Origin: Welwitschia mirabilis
Taxonomy: Eukaryota
Assembly: GCA_051453625.1 (NCBI GenBank)
Contig: JBOZIK010000001.1
Span: forward strand, 49,647,691 to 49,711,690
Direction of reading: 5' to 3'
Length of the DNA: 64,000 bases
Below the pieces are notes generated by a model. It worked only from the letters and a program-made list of their open reading frames with translations, had not been told where the DNA came from and made no database searches. The number at the start of each line of letters is the position of its first letter. Within the stretch, counting starts at the first letter, position 1. Below, in pieces: positions 26,525 through 39,899 of this stretch. Position numbers and translations under genes: made by a program.

Positions 26525-27757
26525 TGTTGCACTACATATTTATGCAAATATCATATTCTTTATTAAATATTGTCAATCACAAATATATGCAAAAATAAAA
26601 CACACTAATATAGAGGGGAGTGGACTTAAATGTCATAATCCATTAAAAAAAGGAGATGAGAAAAAAGAGAATTTCTTTTTATGAAGTAAAGGTTTAAAAT
26701 AAAAATCAACAAGGTAAGAAAGTAAACACACTTATGCATATAAAAATGCAATCTACTCTAAATGCAATATCTATTTGACTACCAAATATTTATCACTAGG
26801 ATTAGTCCTGTATAACCTAGATCAATTAAGAAAACTGTCACTAACATTAACCAACCTGAGTTATTAAGTGTGTCAAACAGAATATGAAAACATGTAATAA
26901 TTCGTCTATGAAGTATAAAATGCAATGCAAGTCCTAAAATAATAATTTAAACCTTGATAAAGGTTGTCTTTGGTAACCTATATTAATTATGAAACTGTCA
27001 TGGAATCATAGTCAACATAAATCATAAGGGACATGCACATGAATATATAAAACTAAAAGAAGATTTTCATTAGATCTCAAACCAAAATTGTGTTACAAAG
27101 TACCAATACCTCAATGAAGGAGACACAGTTTAACACCAAAGAAAACCCCTCTTTGCAACTAACAGATGAACCTCTGGCCCTTCGATCTCTTATCACAAGA
27201 ATTTTTATTCTAACAAAGATAATTGAAGTCAAGGGAGAAGGTGGTATTTATTAACAACAATAGACTCTAATAGTAGCAAATCTAGTAGATGCATGAGAAA
27301 CACTAATGGTGCATAGAAAGTACATGACACATTGGACAATTTACATAATACTTGTTACATTACCTAAAATTAGATATCATTCTTTATGTCACCTTAATGA
27401 TAGTAGGACAATTCCACATTAAGAGAGTTCTATATTTAGCCTTCATATCAGTCTAGTCAGCATCCTAGTCATCATGCAAGTGGTGTCGTTCTAGTGGTCA
27501 TCTAGAAGATTGATGGAAGGACAAATTTCTTCGATCTCTTAAGCAAGCTAATTTGGCTTTATAGAACATTAATTCATTCTCAAAATGTAAAGTACTATAA
27601 TTAATCCAAAATTCCTCCAAAAGTGCTAGTATTTGTGCATTTTCATGATTTTCTCCTTGACTCTCAATAATTATTATTTTATGCTTAAACTTCTCTAAAT
27701 GTATTGTAAATCTACTCAAAATACCCTATTAAAAACATACAATTTAGCATCATAAGA
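26525..27757 (-). repeat. E3 5' LTR
   Basis: Starts TGTTGCA next to the degenerate PBS (minus TGGCATTATTATTGGGAG). Confidence 0.88.
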
Positions 27758-29260
27758 TCCATATTCTTGTATCCATTTTTAAGACATAGAACTATGTGAT
27801 AATAGGAATTCAATAGTTAGTAATAACTACATCCATTTACCTATCTCCTTTATAAAATAATACACTACTCTAAAAACTATCTAAATACCTCCTCCATAAT
27901 GAAGTCTTTAAACCTACATAACATAATGGCTTTAACTAAGAAAACTATGATAAAAAGAGAGGGTCAGTCTAAGAAGACTAATGGTAGTACTGGTGGAAAT
28001 AAGATTGCATAGGAATTATAAGTACTAATAGGTTCAAACTCATAAGATTTTTTATCTAGAAAAAGCAGCATCATAATATATTATAGGATAANNNNNNNNN
28101 NACATTGGTGATAGTAAAATTAGTGCAACTGATAATAATGCTAAGTGAATTGCATAGGTATAGATAAAAAAAAGGCAATATGAACAAAGGGTCATATGAA
28201 TGTGGGTCAGACATAGGTAGAATTGGTCATGAGTGAAAAAAACTTAATGGTATAAATGGAAATGATGGTAGTACCAATGAAAATATGCACACAATATAGG
28301 GCAAGGTTGGAATTAGCTTACAGTAGTAAGGCTTTAGTTGTAAAAGAGATAGATATAACACACATTAAGGGTTTATATTTTCATAAGGAAAATGTTATGA
28401 AATTTTAATTTTATGTCTTTTTCTTTTTCACATAATTTGATATAATGTATTAATTTGCAATCACACATATAATTCAAATACTAATCATAGTAATCAAGGA
28501 TAAAGCATACCTATCCTTATGAAGCTAAGCAAAGTCATTATTTCATTCATAATATTATCAATTACATAAAGCTCAATATTAAATTTATTTTTTAAGAAAA
28601 AGATATTATTATACTAAATCATAAAATTAAGAAAAAGAATGAGATGATTTAATTAAATAAATGATATAATAAAAATTTATTTTAATTGATACTTTGAACA
28701 TTCTTAGGATAAGATTTAATCTAGTTTCTAATATACATGTACTGTAATGTATTTCTATTCTCTAGTTGTTATACCCCTATAGGTCCATCACAAACATAAA
28801 AAAGGGTTTCGTCAAAGTAAAAAGATTCTTTGAAACTCACATTCAATTCTATCATGTGTATATCAAACTAGAATTTCAAATTCTTTAATTAAAAAATGGG
28901 TTATGAGTTATGAACTATGAATATATTACATGTATTAGACCTAAGTCAAGATAAATAATGAATGTTATTATGTAAGAAATGTGCATGTATGGTTCAAATT
29001 GTACTCATAAAAATATGAATATTTATGTCACACATGTCATCTGATCCCTTCTTATGCTAAAGGATGCTCATATAGGTTTTGATTTTTTGAAACTAGTATA
29101 ATCAATACATTCTCATGTTGGTTACTGGGTTTTCATAAACAATACATAGTAGAGACATATATCATCCCCATAATAAATCATGATGATATTGAAATATTTT
29201 ATTTACACAATGTGTAATTTCCTCATGAAAATGGAGATCTTCTATAAAGTATTTCATCCA

Positions 29261-29306
29261 CATAGTATGAATTCATATGAAGACATAGTATGAATTCATA
29301 TGAAGA
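29261..29306. repeat. Perfect 23-bp tandem duplication (CATAGTATGAATTCATATGAAGA x2)
   Basis: Direct inspection; the unit contains the palindrome TATGAATTCATA. Confidence 0.95.
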
Positions 29307-32300
29307 TCTTTATCATATGGAATGTTTATATTTCTTATATAATATGTTTTTTCCTTCTCTTTTTTTTCTTTCTCTCTCTATTTCTTTATTTTTATTTAAT
29401 AAAGATAGAATGTATTTTATAAGAAGATCTTTATTACATATTATCATATCCTATATTTTGTAAACTCTATTTACTTGAATAATAAGTATGTTAAGCTTTT
29501 AGTCAAATAACTAATTATTTAAGTTCCTTGTTAAATAAGATGTCATTTTGAAACTAACCTTAGTTTGTAATCTTTATAACTTACCATGAAAATGGTAAAA
29601 ATTATGTTAAAAGATTTTTTAATGAGAAAATCTATCCAAATAATTAAAATTAGATAATTCCATTATGTGAGGAATTAAAATCATATGATAAAATAATTGG
29701 AAGTTTCAAGAGGACATAATAATATATTTTGCATTTTTCTTTTTAATATTTATTTAGATTCNNNNNNNNNNNNNNNNNNNNNNNNNNNNNNNNNNNNNNN
29801 NNNNNNNNNNNNNNNNNNNNNNNNNNNNNNNNNNNNNNNNNNNNNNNNNNNNACTTTGTTTATAGCATACTCATTACTTTATTCATTAGGATTGAAGAGT
29901 TTGTCTCATTATGCCACATGCTAATTCTGAGATTTATGCATTTATTCTTTTGATGCATGTCTTGGATGAATTAAACTTACTTCTTAGCCTATGAATAATT
30001 AAAAAGAGCTAGCATGAGGAAATGATACATGTAATTAAACTTGCTAATTAAAGCAAGAACATTACTCATCCTAGTTAGGTGCATGAGTCATAAATACAAT
30101 CTTTTTTCATACTCCAATGTCATTTATTACTCATCCTACTTATCAAATGCTAAATCATATAATCTTGAATTATGAGCCTTTGTTTATCTATACATAGAGA
30201 TCTTTTTCTCTCTTGTAAAAGGAGATACATTTCTTTTATTTATTAAAATTGTATTTCTTTTTTCCTCTCTGTTTCTCTCTTTATTTCATTCTCTAACTTG
30301 TGGAGCTTGAAGCTTGAAAGCTTGGAGCTAAGGAACTCTTTTTCTTAGATCTTCATCATTTTTAACTACCAAGAAATTACTAATCTTTTTAAGTAAGCTC
30401 CTTACTCTTATTATCCATATGATCTCCTTTCCTCCCCCCTATTGGAATTATGTTATAAAATATGTTTCCTTTCCATTAGCATCCACCAAGATGTTATAGT
30501 GATATATTAGGGAATCTCTTATGCTTGGCAATGGTGGATAACTAATGCATGATGAAGGCTAAGTGACTAGGGAATTCACTACTAAAACAAAAAAAAAAGA
30601 AGGGTAGTCATGTTTATTTTAATATTATATTTATTTTTATCTATTATGCATTAGAACCACTCTTTAGGCCAGTATTCTTCCATGGAAAATATCAAGACTC
30701 ATAGTAAATGTTTTCTTTGAATTGATTTGATTTTTCTTTTTGCAATAATCCTTTTATTTTTACAATTGAATTGTCTTTTTATAACTAATTAGTTAGTATA
30801 TCTATTATTTTGTTGATCTGAGTTATTACTTTATAGAAACTTTATCATATATTTGTGATGGTAAAAAAATAAATTTCTAGAATAGAGGCATAGCATAAAA
30901 ATATCATGTCTTATTAATTAACAAGTATAAATTAGTGAAAGTTTTTTTTTATAAGTCTAGGATTATGTCATGAACATGAAAATGTTCATTTTAGTGTACC
31001 TATATGTGAAAATTACAAAATTGAGTATTCTAGGTTGTAGGAAATTAAATACACTTTCTAAAACATCTTAAATCATTTAAAAATTTAAATTATGTTGAAC
31101 ATTATGGTCATTTTAGTATAGTGTGGTACCACTATAATTTTAGAAAAGTTGATAGTTTTTAGGCTTAAATGATAAAGTTAAAATTAATACTTTTATAATT
31201 CCAAGATAATTAAAGTTAGATTCCAAGGAACCTATTATGTGTCTAGTTTTTAAAAAACTACTACAATTTAATTTTTGCTTTATAATTAATTAATTATTAA
31301 TTTTTAGCTATGATGTCTTCCTAAAGCCCAAAAATGTTATAATTAGTGTTTAAAATTAGAGAAATCCTATCACACAACATTTTATAGGGAAATTTAGTAT
31401 ATAAAATATGTTTCTATTAGTAGATTTAAGTTAAATTATCTATATTTGGTATTTAATTGTAGAAATACCTCTTTAACCCTTTTTTCTTAGCTTACTTTAA
31501 ATGGATATGCTTATAAAAATTTTCACTTGAGTAGTTTAAGTTATAGCAGTAGTTTCTAACTTATTACTTCTTTTTATTGACTTATAACATATCCATCTAA
31601 AATCCTGGATAGATTCTTATATCCTAATAATTATGCTTGAGGTATACTTTCTTTTATTTATCTTCTTTGCACCAATCCATGGAGATTTTCATATGATCAT
31701 AGAAGAGTATTTCTAGGATTGGCATAACTTCAAGTATGTTTTAGTTTCTTTAAGTACATTATTTTATTTCTATTATTTTTAAAAAAGAAAAGAATATTTT
31801 ATTTATTTAAATAGAAAAAGAAAAGAAAAGATTATTTCATTTATCTAGATTTTTATTATTATAATCTTGGAAAAAAGAAATGTTCTTTTATGCTTGACTT
31901 CTTTTTATGGTTGTTTCTATAAAATAAACAAATATAACTAGAATTATTATAACTAGGTAAATATTTCATTAAATATCCATGTTAATTAGAATTTTTGCAT
32001 GCATTTGAATGGTATATTCATGAAATATGACTAAATTAAGATAATTTTAATAATATTCATATCCACAATTGGATTTCATTCCCAAGATGGGTTGCATTGC
32101 ATTTTTTTATGATACCTTGTGGAAATGGATTTGATTACCGCTCTCCTACTGTACCCATGTATGAACTTACTTCAACTTAATATCTTGAGCCTTTAGCATC
32201 GATGGATTATTTTGCACCATCTAGAGATTCTTCAAGGAAGTGGGGGTCATTTATAAGCATGCATCCATCTCATGTACCACCTGCTACCTATATTGGAGGT

Positions 32301-32900
32301 ATATCAAGGTGAAGTGAAACCCTATGAAGTTAAGTTGTCCATGTTTGTATAGTTTAGAACCTAAAGTAAGATTAACTCACATCTGAAGGATGGCTAGATA
32401 TCGAGTTGGAATGCTATTAATTAGAGTTGCAACCTTCTATTACATTGGTTAGGTATTATCCTTAAAAATTTTTCCATGTATGTTAACAATAAGTTTACAT
32501 CTTCTTAACTATTTATAAGATATATTTTATGTGATAAAAAACTAGGAAGAAATGGAGACATAAACTTATGACATCACTACTATTTGTAAACCAAAATAAT
32601 CTAGAAATTAATCATAGGCAAATATATGATATTAATATGATTTGTATTTCTTAGAATGTAGAAACTCTAATTAAGAAGTAAGTAGAATTTGGTCCTAGGT
32701 TCTATTGCATTTCTCAGGTAAAAAGAATAAAAAAGAAAGGAAGTTAAAATAAAAATTTACTTAATTAGGATAAGATAAAAGAGAGGGTCACACATATAAT
32801 GTGTATCTTCCTCAGAAAAATGGAGGTCTTTTAACATATATAATGTATACTCTTCTCATATATAATATCTTTTTTTAAATGTTTTTTAAACATTTTTTCA

Positions 32901-32902
<2 letters not shown>

Positions 32903-32978
<76 letters not shown>

Positions 32979-33724
32979 ACAAANNNNNNNNNNNNNNNNN
33001 NNNNNNNNNNNNNNNNNNNNNNNNNNNNNNNNNNNNNNNNNNNNNNNNNNNNNNNNNNNNNNNNNNNNNNNNNNNNNNNNNNNNNNNNNNNNNNNNNNNN
33101 NNNNNNNNNNNNNNNNNNNNNNNNNNNNNNNNNNNNNNNNNNNNNNNNNNNNNNNNNNNNNNNNNNNNNNNNNNNNNNNNNNNNNNNNNNNNNNNNNNNN
33201 NNNNNNNNNNNNNNNNNNNNNNNNNNNNNNNNNNNNNNNNNNNNNNNNNNNNNNNNNNNNNNNNNNNNNNNNNNNNNNNNNNNNNNNNNNNNNNNNNNNN
33301 NNNNNNNNNNNNNNNNNNNNNNNNNNNNNNNNNNNNNNNNNNNNNNNNNNNNNNNNNNNNNNNNNNNNNNNNNNNNNNNNNNNNNNNNNNNNNNNNNNNN
33401 NNNNNNNNNNNNNNNNNNNNNNNNNNNNNNNNNNNNNNNNNNNNNNNNNNNNNNNNNNNNNNNNNNNNNNNNNNNNNNNNNNNNNNNNNNNNNNNNNNNN
33501 NNNNNNNNNNNNNNNNNNNNNNNNNNNNNNNNNNNNNNNNNNNNNNNNNNNNNNNNNNNNNNNNNNNNNNNNNNNNNNNNNNNNNNNNNNNNNNNNNNNN
33601 NNNNNNNNNNNNNNNNNNNNNNNNNNNNNNNNNNNNNNNNNNNNNNNNNNNNNNNNNNNNNNNNNNNNNNNNNNNNNNNNNNNNNNNNNNNNNNNNNNNN
33701 NNNNNNNNNNNNNNNNNNNNNNNN

Positions 33725-33804
<80 letters not shown>

Positions 33805-33813
33805 ACACACACA

Positions 33814-33866
<53 letters not shown>

Positions 33867-33916
33867 TCTCTCTCTCTCTCTTGCTCTCACACATACACAT
33901 ACTATCCCTCTCTCAC
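32903..33916. repeat. Compound (CT)n(CA)n microsatellite on both sides of an assembly gap
   Basis: Direct inspection. Confidence 0.95.
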
Positions 33917-35024
33917 AATTAAATTACTGAATATTTTATTAGAGGTACTTATGTGCATATGTTTATCTTCCTCATGATGTGAGTAGATACCATGAATTTC
34001 TTTTACAAATGGCATGTGTTTTGTACATGTGGGCATACATCCTTCTCTCTCTCTTTCCTCCCCTTCCCCTATTTTTTAAAATCACATCCTATAAATATTT
34101 ATAGTCATATATTCATATTATAAGGTTTTATATCTGTGAGAATATTTTTAGATTTTTTTAAAAACATAATTACTTTAAATGCTATATAGAATATGAGCCA
34201 TGGTATGCATTAAAAAAAGCAAATATGATTGTCTAAGAGTTCATTTACCAATTTAGTTCCTAGTTCAATAAGTGGTAGAAGGTATCTAAAATATTGAAGT
34301 CTTACATGGTGAACTTAATAATCTATGTACTTGCTATAATTCTAGATTTCAGCCTAGAATAAATCTAGAGCTTAACATTGTTAAAATTGCATTTCTTAAG
34401 TGATATTAATTTTAAAATTAATTGATTTATTTTCTTTTTTAAATTTTGTCTAGTTCTAAATCAAGGGAATAAGGTCAAATCCATAACTCATGGAAAACTT
34501 TCTATGGAAATATTTCATGTTTTTGCTATTTAATTCAAAAGAAGGATTATCCTTAAGGCTAATAATCTTAACAATATATGAGGAAATAGTTCTAATACTT
34601 AAAAAAGGTCTAGTACATCTAGATATACATTTCATGGAAAATTTATACAGTTTTTAATTACATAGAAAAACTAAGTAATTTGTTTTAAAGGATTTGCTAA
34701 GGATGTAGTTATCACGATAGGCTTTTGTTCTTTGTTCTTGAATTTTTTTTTGTTTTTCATAGACTCCATTCCTAAGTTTTTCAATTTTGTTAGATCAAAT
34801 TTTCTAATTTCTAGATCTTCATTTAAGTTTTTAGTTTAGCTATTTCATGGTCTAGAAATATTTATGTTCAGTTTCTATGAGAACATGGTAAGATTTTTCA
34901 AATATGAATTAGTGAGATGACACTCTACTAAAGCCCATATAAGAAGTTTGGTAGGACTTAAAAAGAGCATTATTGAGGTAAAGAGACCAATATTTTTTAT
35001 TAGAATTTACTAATTTTTATAGGA

Positions 35025-37150
35025 TCTTTTTTAACTTTATAATGAAACCCAAGACTTGCATAAAATAAGGCATTAGAAGTTATTATTTTTTATTATTTTA
35101 GAGCTATAATATTACACTTGGAGTTATTTTTCGTACTTTTTAGGAAATGAGAATGATGCTACAGCATCATATGTAGTTATCACAGTATCTACTAAGACTT
35201 ACAAAATGTAAATAATGTGGGTTACATCCTATATGACTAATATTACATGAAAAAATTAAATTCTAAATAACTTGAAATGACTAGGTTATAGCTTTGAGAC
35301 TATAGATTTCTAATCTAATGATGTCCTAATATGTTTTAATATAATTTGATGTCATGCATATAATGTTAGAATGAATCAAGATTATCACATCACTAAGTGG
35401 ATATAATATGATAATGCAAAAGGGACTATAAATTATCTCTAGAGCAAACAAATTAAAGTAACCCTCCATGCTTCATGAATAAAAATTCTTTTCCCGTACA
35501 TTTTTATGCTTGTTTTCACATGATTTATTCATTTTTTAATGCATCCCATTCAATTCAATTAGACTTTTTATATCATGTTGTATATTTAGTGGTAATAGGA
35601 TTGTTATACATTTAAGAATTATCATATCATTCATTGGAACTGCATAGTTGGTAACTCTATGTTAAAGAAAGCATGTGTTTTATTCCTTTTTCTCATTTCT
35701 TCTCATTTCTTCTAGTACCATCTTCTCATGTTTTTACCCTTTATTTTGAAGCATTAAATGATGGATTATTCTTTTTCCTTTCCAAAAGCATAAATTTAGC
35801 ATGTACATTTATCATATATTTAGATCTAAATTTCAAGTATTTGTTTTTGCATTAGATTTTCTCTTTACTTAATGCTTGTTTGATTATATCTCTTTTTTTA
35901 TTACTTTAATTACTCTGAGACTTTATTAGGAGATTCATCTCTTGATTTATAAACTTTTTTATATAATTAATGCAAAATCTAATATCGTCTTTAAGATTTC
36001 ATTGCTTGACTATCTACAGTTGAACTGTAGTTTTACTTAGAAATTTTTTTAAATTTGTGAAATCTTAATTTTTTTCATTTTTTCTTAATGAATTTTCTAT
36101 CATCATTGCTATGTTTTTAAGATATTAATATTTGATCCCGTAATAATTTTTTAAGTAATTTTAGAATATGAAATCTATTTTTTCTTAAGTTTTAGAAGTG
36201 ACTCTATTTTTTGTAGATTCTTCTTAAGGTTTGTTCGCTAGCTATTTTAATAAACCTTACTTAAGTTTGAATATTGGATTTTAAGAACTTAGTTTTAGAA
36301 ACTTTCTGATTTATATGATGGTTTTGAAAAATTCTAAATCTATTTTCTTCAGTTTCTTTTTTCTCCCTTCTTCTAGTCAAAATATCACAAAGTAAACTAA
36401 GTTTTGCTTTGGTAGAATAAACGTTCACATGTTGTTTTTTAATTAATTAATTATTGATTTATAATCTAAGTTACATGTTATATTAATTTTATAACTAATT
36501 TTAAGCCTGATTAAGAGTTCTCTTTCAAGTCAAATACATTGAAATTTAGTGAAAATATTGTTAAGGTATTTTAATATGTTAATTTTAAGAATATTATTTA
36601 TGAAATTTTATCTTTTAATTTTAAATTGATGTATAATCAGTATAAAATGAAATCAGACTTTAAAATAACTCATACATATCCATTTTCCATTATTTTAAAT
36701 AATAAATTTTTCAAAAAAGATTATTTTCACATAACGACGACTTCAGTTAGTTTTCATCACTTTAGCCCTCTTTATCATTTGTTTGATTTTTATATAAGTA
36801 GTGGACGTTTCACAAAGATTATTTATTTCTTGTTCATTATATTTTTCTTTTTACATCTTATAAAATGAAGCTTTTTACACATGTAATTCTTAAAATTTAT
36901 TGCATATCTTGTGTTGTAATTACATGAATGTCATTTGAATTTATTATAATGAATAGTTATTTTATCATTAAAATAGTAGTTTTATAAATATACAACATCT
37001 TTCTTAATATTGTATATTTCAGTCCATTAATTTAATACTTATGTGCTTCTATTATGAATGCAATTTAAACCAAAAGATTTATTTATGCTTTATTTTTAAT
37101 TAATTATTCTTTATTTCTTGTCCTTAATTTAATTTATTATGTTAAATATA
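35025..37150 (+). repeat. E6 putative 5' LTR
   Basis: Homologous to 56575-58486 plus 60585-61560. Confidence 0.72.
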
Positions 37151-37949
37151 TAAGAAAATTGATAGAAAATTTAACTAATGATGAATTACTTGATACTATA
37201 CCTAATGAAGCTTAGAGGGAATGGGAGGTGGAACAATGTTGAAGATGATCATGTTAGAAATAAACTAGGTTGACTACTGTTTTGAATAAGGATAAATTAA
37301 AAGAATAATTAACTAATAAAATAGAAATTCTCTCTACTTAATTAGAAAATCTTAAATTTGGACAATAGATATTAAGAGAAAATCCAACTCAAACTTCACC
37401 AAGTTTATCTTTCGATAAGTTGTGTCAAATAGAGGGTAATAATATAAAAATGGGTTAGAATGATTTACAACAACATCATTTATCTAAATCTTATGGCTTT
37501 AACTAATGCTATCATGATAATATGTCATTCAACAGATATACTAATCTACAACCAAATAATTTTTATTAAAATCAAATTACATATGATCCTTATAATAATC
37601 AATTTGATTGGGAATCTAAATGATTACCTCTTCTACCACCTAAAAAAATAAACTAGAAGAAATAATGGAAAAAATGCAATGAATACTTAATTAGATGTTT
37701 TAATAATAAGAAGGAGAGTCATTTGAGTTTGCCATCTTAATTAACTCGTAATCTAAAATTAACTCATGTAATGGAAAAACAAACTGATGCAAATGCCATT
37801 AGATTGAAAAGTGAAAATTGTATTTTAAAATCTAATCCTAAAACTAAGAAAGATGACAATTTAAAAAAAATTAATAGAAAATAGTAAATCTGAATCAAGC
37901 AAGAAATTTTAAAAAAGAAAATTAAGGATTCCATTCATTTCTTAGTTAT

Positions 37950-38600
37950 CTTTAATATGTTAAAGGTAATAATAATTATAGAGATATCCATAAAATTTTT
38001 AAGGATATTAACATTAATTTTCTTCCTCACAAGGTAATTAAGCAAATTCATTCTTATGCTAAATTTTTTAAAGATTTATAAACCAAAGAAAGAAAAACTC
38101 AACCATCCAAAGAAATAATTAATCTTACCACTTCTACTACATGCCTTTTATATTAGAAAATACCAGGGAAATATGGTGATCCTAGGTCCTTTATCATTAC
38201 TATTACTATAGGAGACCATATCATTGATAAATATGTGATAGATTTAGAATCCAGAGTTAATCTTATGCCAAACCTATTTTTCAAGCAATAGGATTTACTC
38301 ATGTTGACTTCACTAATGTAATTATTTCTATGGTTGGTGTAACTTTAGTAAGATCATCAGGAATATTAATATATATTTTTATTTAGATAGATAAAGCAAT
38401 TTATCCTATCAAATTTGTGATTCTTAAAAGACCCATAGATTCAATGAGTCATCCCATCATTCTTGGTGGATCTTGACTTGCAACTACTAACATGGAAATT
38501 AACTATGATTCTAATTCACTAAAACTTATTTTTCATAACCTTTCTATTACTTTGAATGTCTTTTTAAATTTTAAAACATAAAAAAGAGAATTAAATTAAG
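37950..38600 (+). pseudogene. E6 gag-end/protease remnant
   Basis: 'GDPRSFIITITIGDHIIDKYVIDLESRVNLMP' at ~38175-38270 (DPGSFTIP...DLGASVNLMP type). Confidence 0.85.
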
Positions 38601-38682
38601 TGAACATTTACCTTGACCTAAAATACAACATACAAGTGAAAAGTTACGTTTAATTTTAAATGATATGCTTTGTTTAAATACA

Positions 38683-39628
38683 TGATAGCTACTTATATGA
38701 TGAAACAAGTGTAGAAATATTACTAAATAATATTAAACAATATAAAATAATACTAGAAAAATCCAGAAAATTTGCTTTTGTGACACTAAAAATAAGATCA
38801 CAGCATTAAATAAAAATAACCAAAGGCTTACTAAAGAACTAGCTGAGATTCAACCATTTAGCTCAAAATGCATCATTACAATAGGCTCATGATAAATTTA
38901 CTTGAACTAGTCAAGTTGGTTTATTACTACTAAATTTTTATGTACATAGATTATATGAAGGAAAAATGGTAAAAGTAGTAAAGCACGATAGAATTTAAAT
39001 GAGATGCTAGATAATACGTATTTCTAAGTACTATTAATTATCTTGATTTTTATTCAGCTACATAAATAGGAGCAAATAGAGATGATATTACTTTTTTAAG
39101 TAATTAAACATGCACATAATGATACTCAAATATGATTTTACACTTTTTATTAAAATACAAATTTTTACATAAAGGTGTGCTAAGGTTTATGTTCTTCTTT
39201 ACAAGTAATACTATGGAGTATGGGAAATGTTGTTGTGCCATTTGAAAGATAGCTGAAGCTCCCTTTCTTAACCATCTTGCATTCTTTATTCCTAAAATGT
39301 TTTACCAAAATGATCCCCATCCTTAGTAGTGATCCTATTCTTATACCCTTATTTGTTTTTCCATTTCCATTTTTTGCTCCTTAGGAATAGGTATATGATT
39401 GGGATTTATTACTGCTTCTTCACCATCTCAACCTTCTCTCCCATATTTATGCCAGATGATATCTTATACCTGAAATGCAATAATAAAATATACATAGTAA
39501 CCTACTAATATACTAATTAACTAACTTATTGATTGTGAATATACTGATAAAAAACATCTATTGTTATTTAAAATCCATGATTAAGATAATGAAATAAGTG
39601 TAATTTACATTAAAATTTATCCTCATCA
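38683..39628 (-). repeat. E5 3' LTR
   Basis: TGAT...ATCA termini; colinear with 50906-51850. Confidence 0.92.
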
Positions 39629-39899
39629 GTTCCTCCAAAATTAAGATTTTATTAGTTTCTTAACAAACAAACAAAAATATATATATAAGAGAGAAATGAA
39701 GAGCCTCATTATTTTCCTTTTCTTCTTTTGAAAATAAATGGGTGTCCTCCACTAGATTTTGACTCCTCCCTTTATCTAGTCAGTTGGATAGATTGTTTTA
39801 CCTTGTCCAAGGCCTCTAAGATCTTTCTTTGTTTCTTCTAAAAGTAGCATCATTCAAATCTATAATCTTTATTTCTAACTCCTCCAGAGTTGCTTTTTT

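Larger units (their letters stand above)
18766..27757 (-). mobile_element. E3: internally deleted family A LTR element retaining gag-PR and the integrase tail
   Basis: Two similar LTRs; PBS at ~26504-26521; PPT (AAGTGGGGGACTA on minus) next to 20000; flanks GCCAT/TCCAT (4/5 TSD). Confidence 0.88.

Noticed and set aside
32875..33922. Long ORFs of 330-347 aa with HT/CV/ER repeats
   Set aside because: Translation of microsatellites plus an N gap
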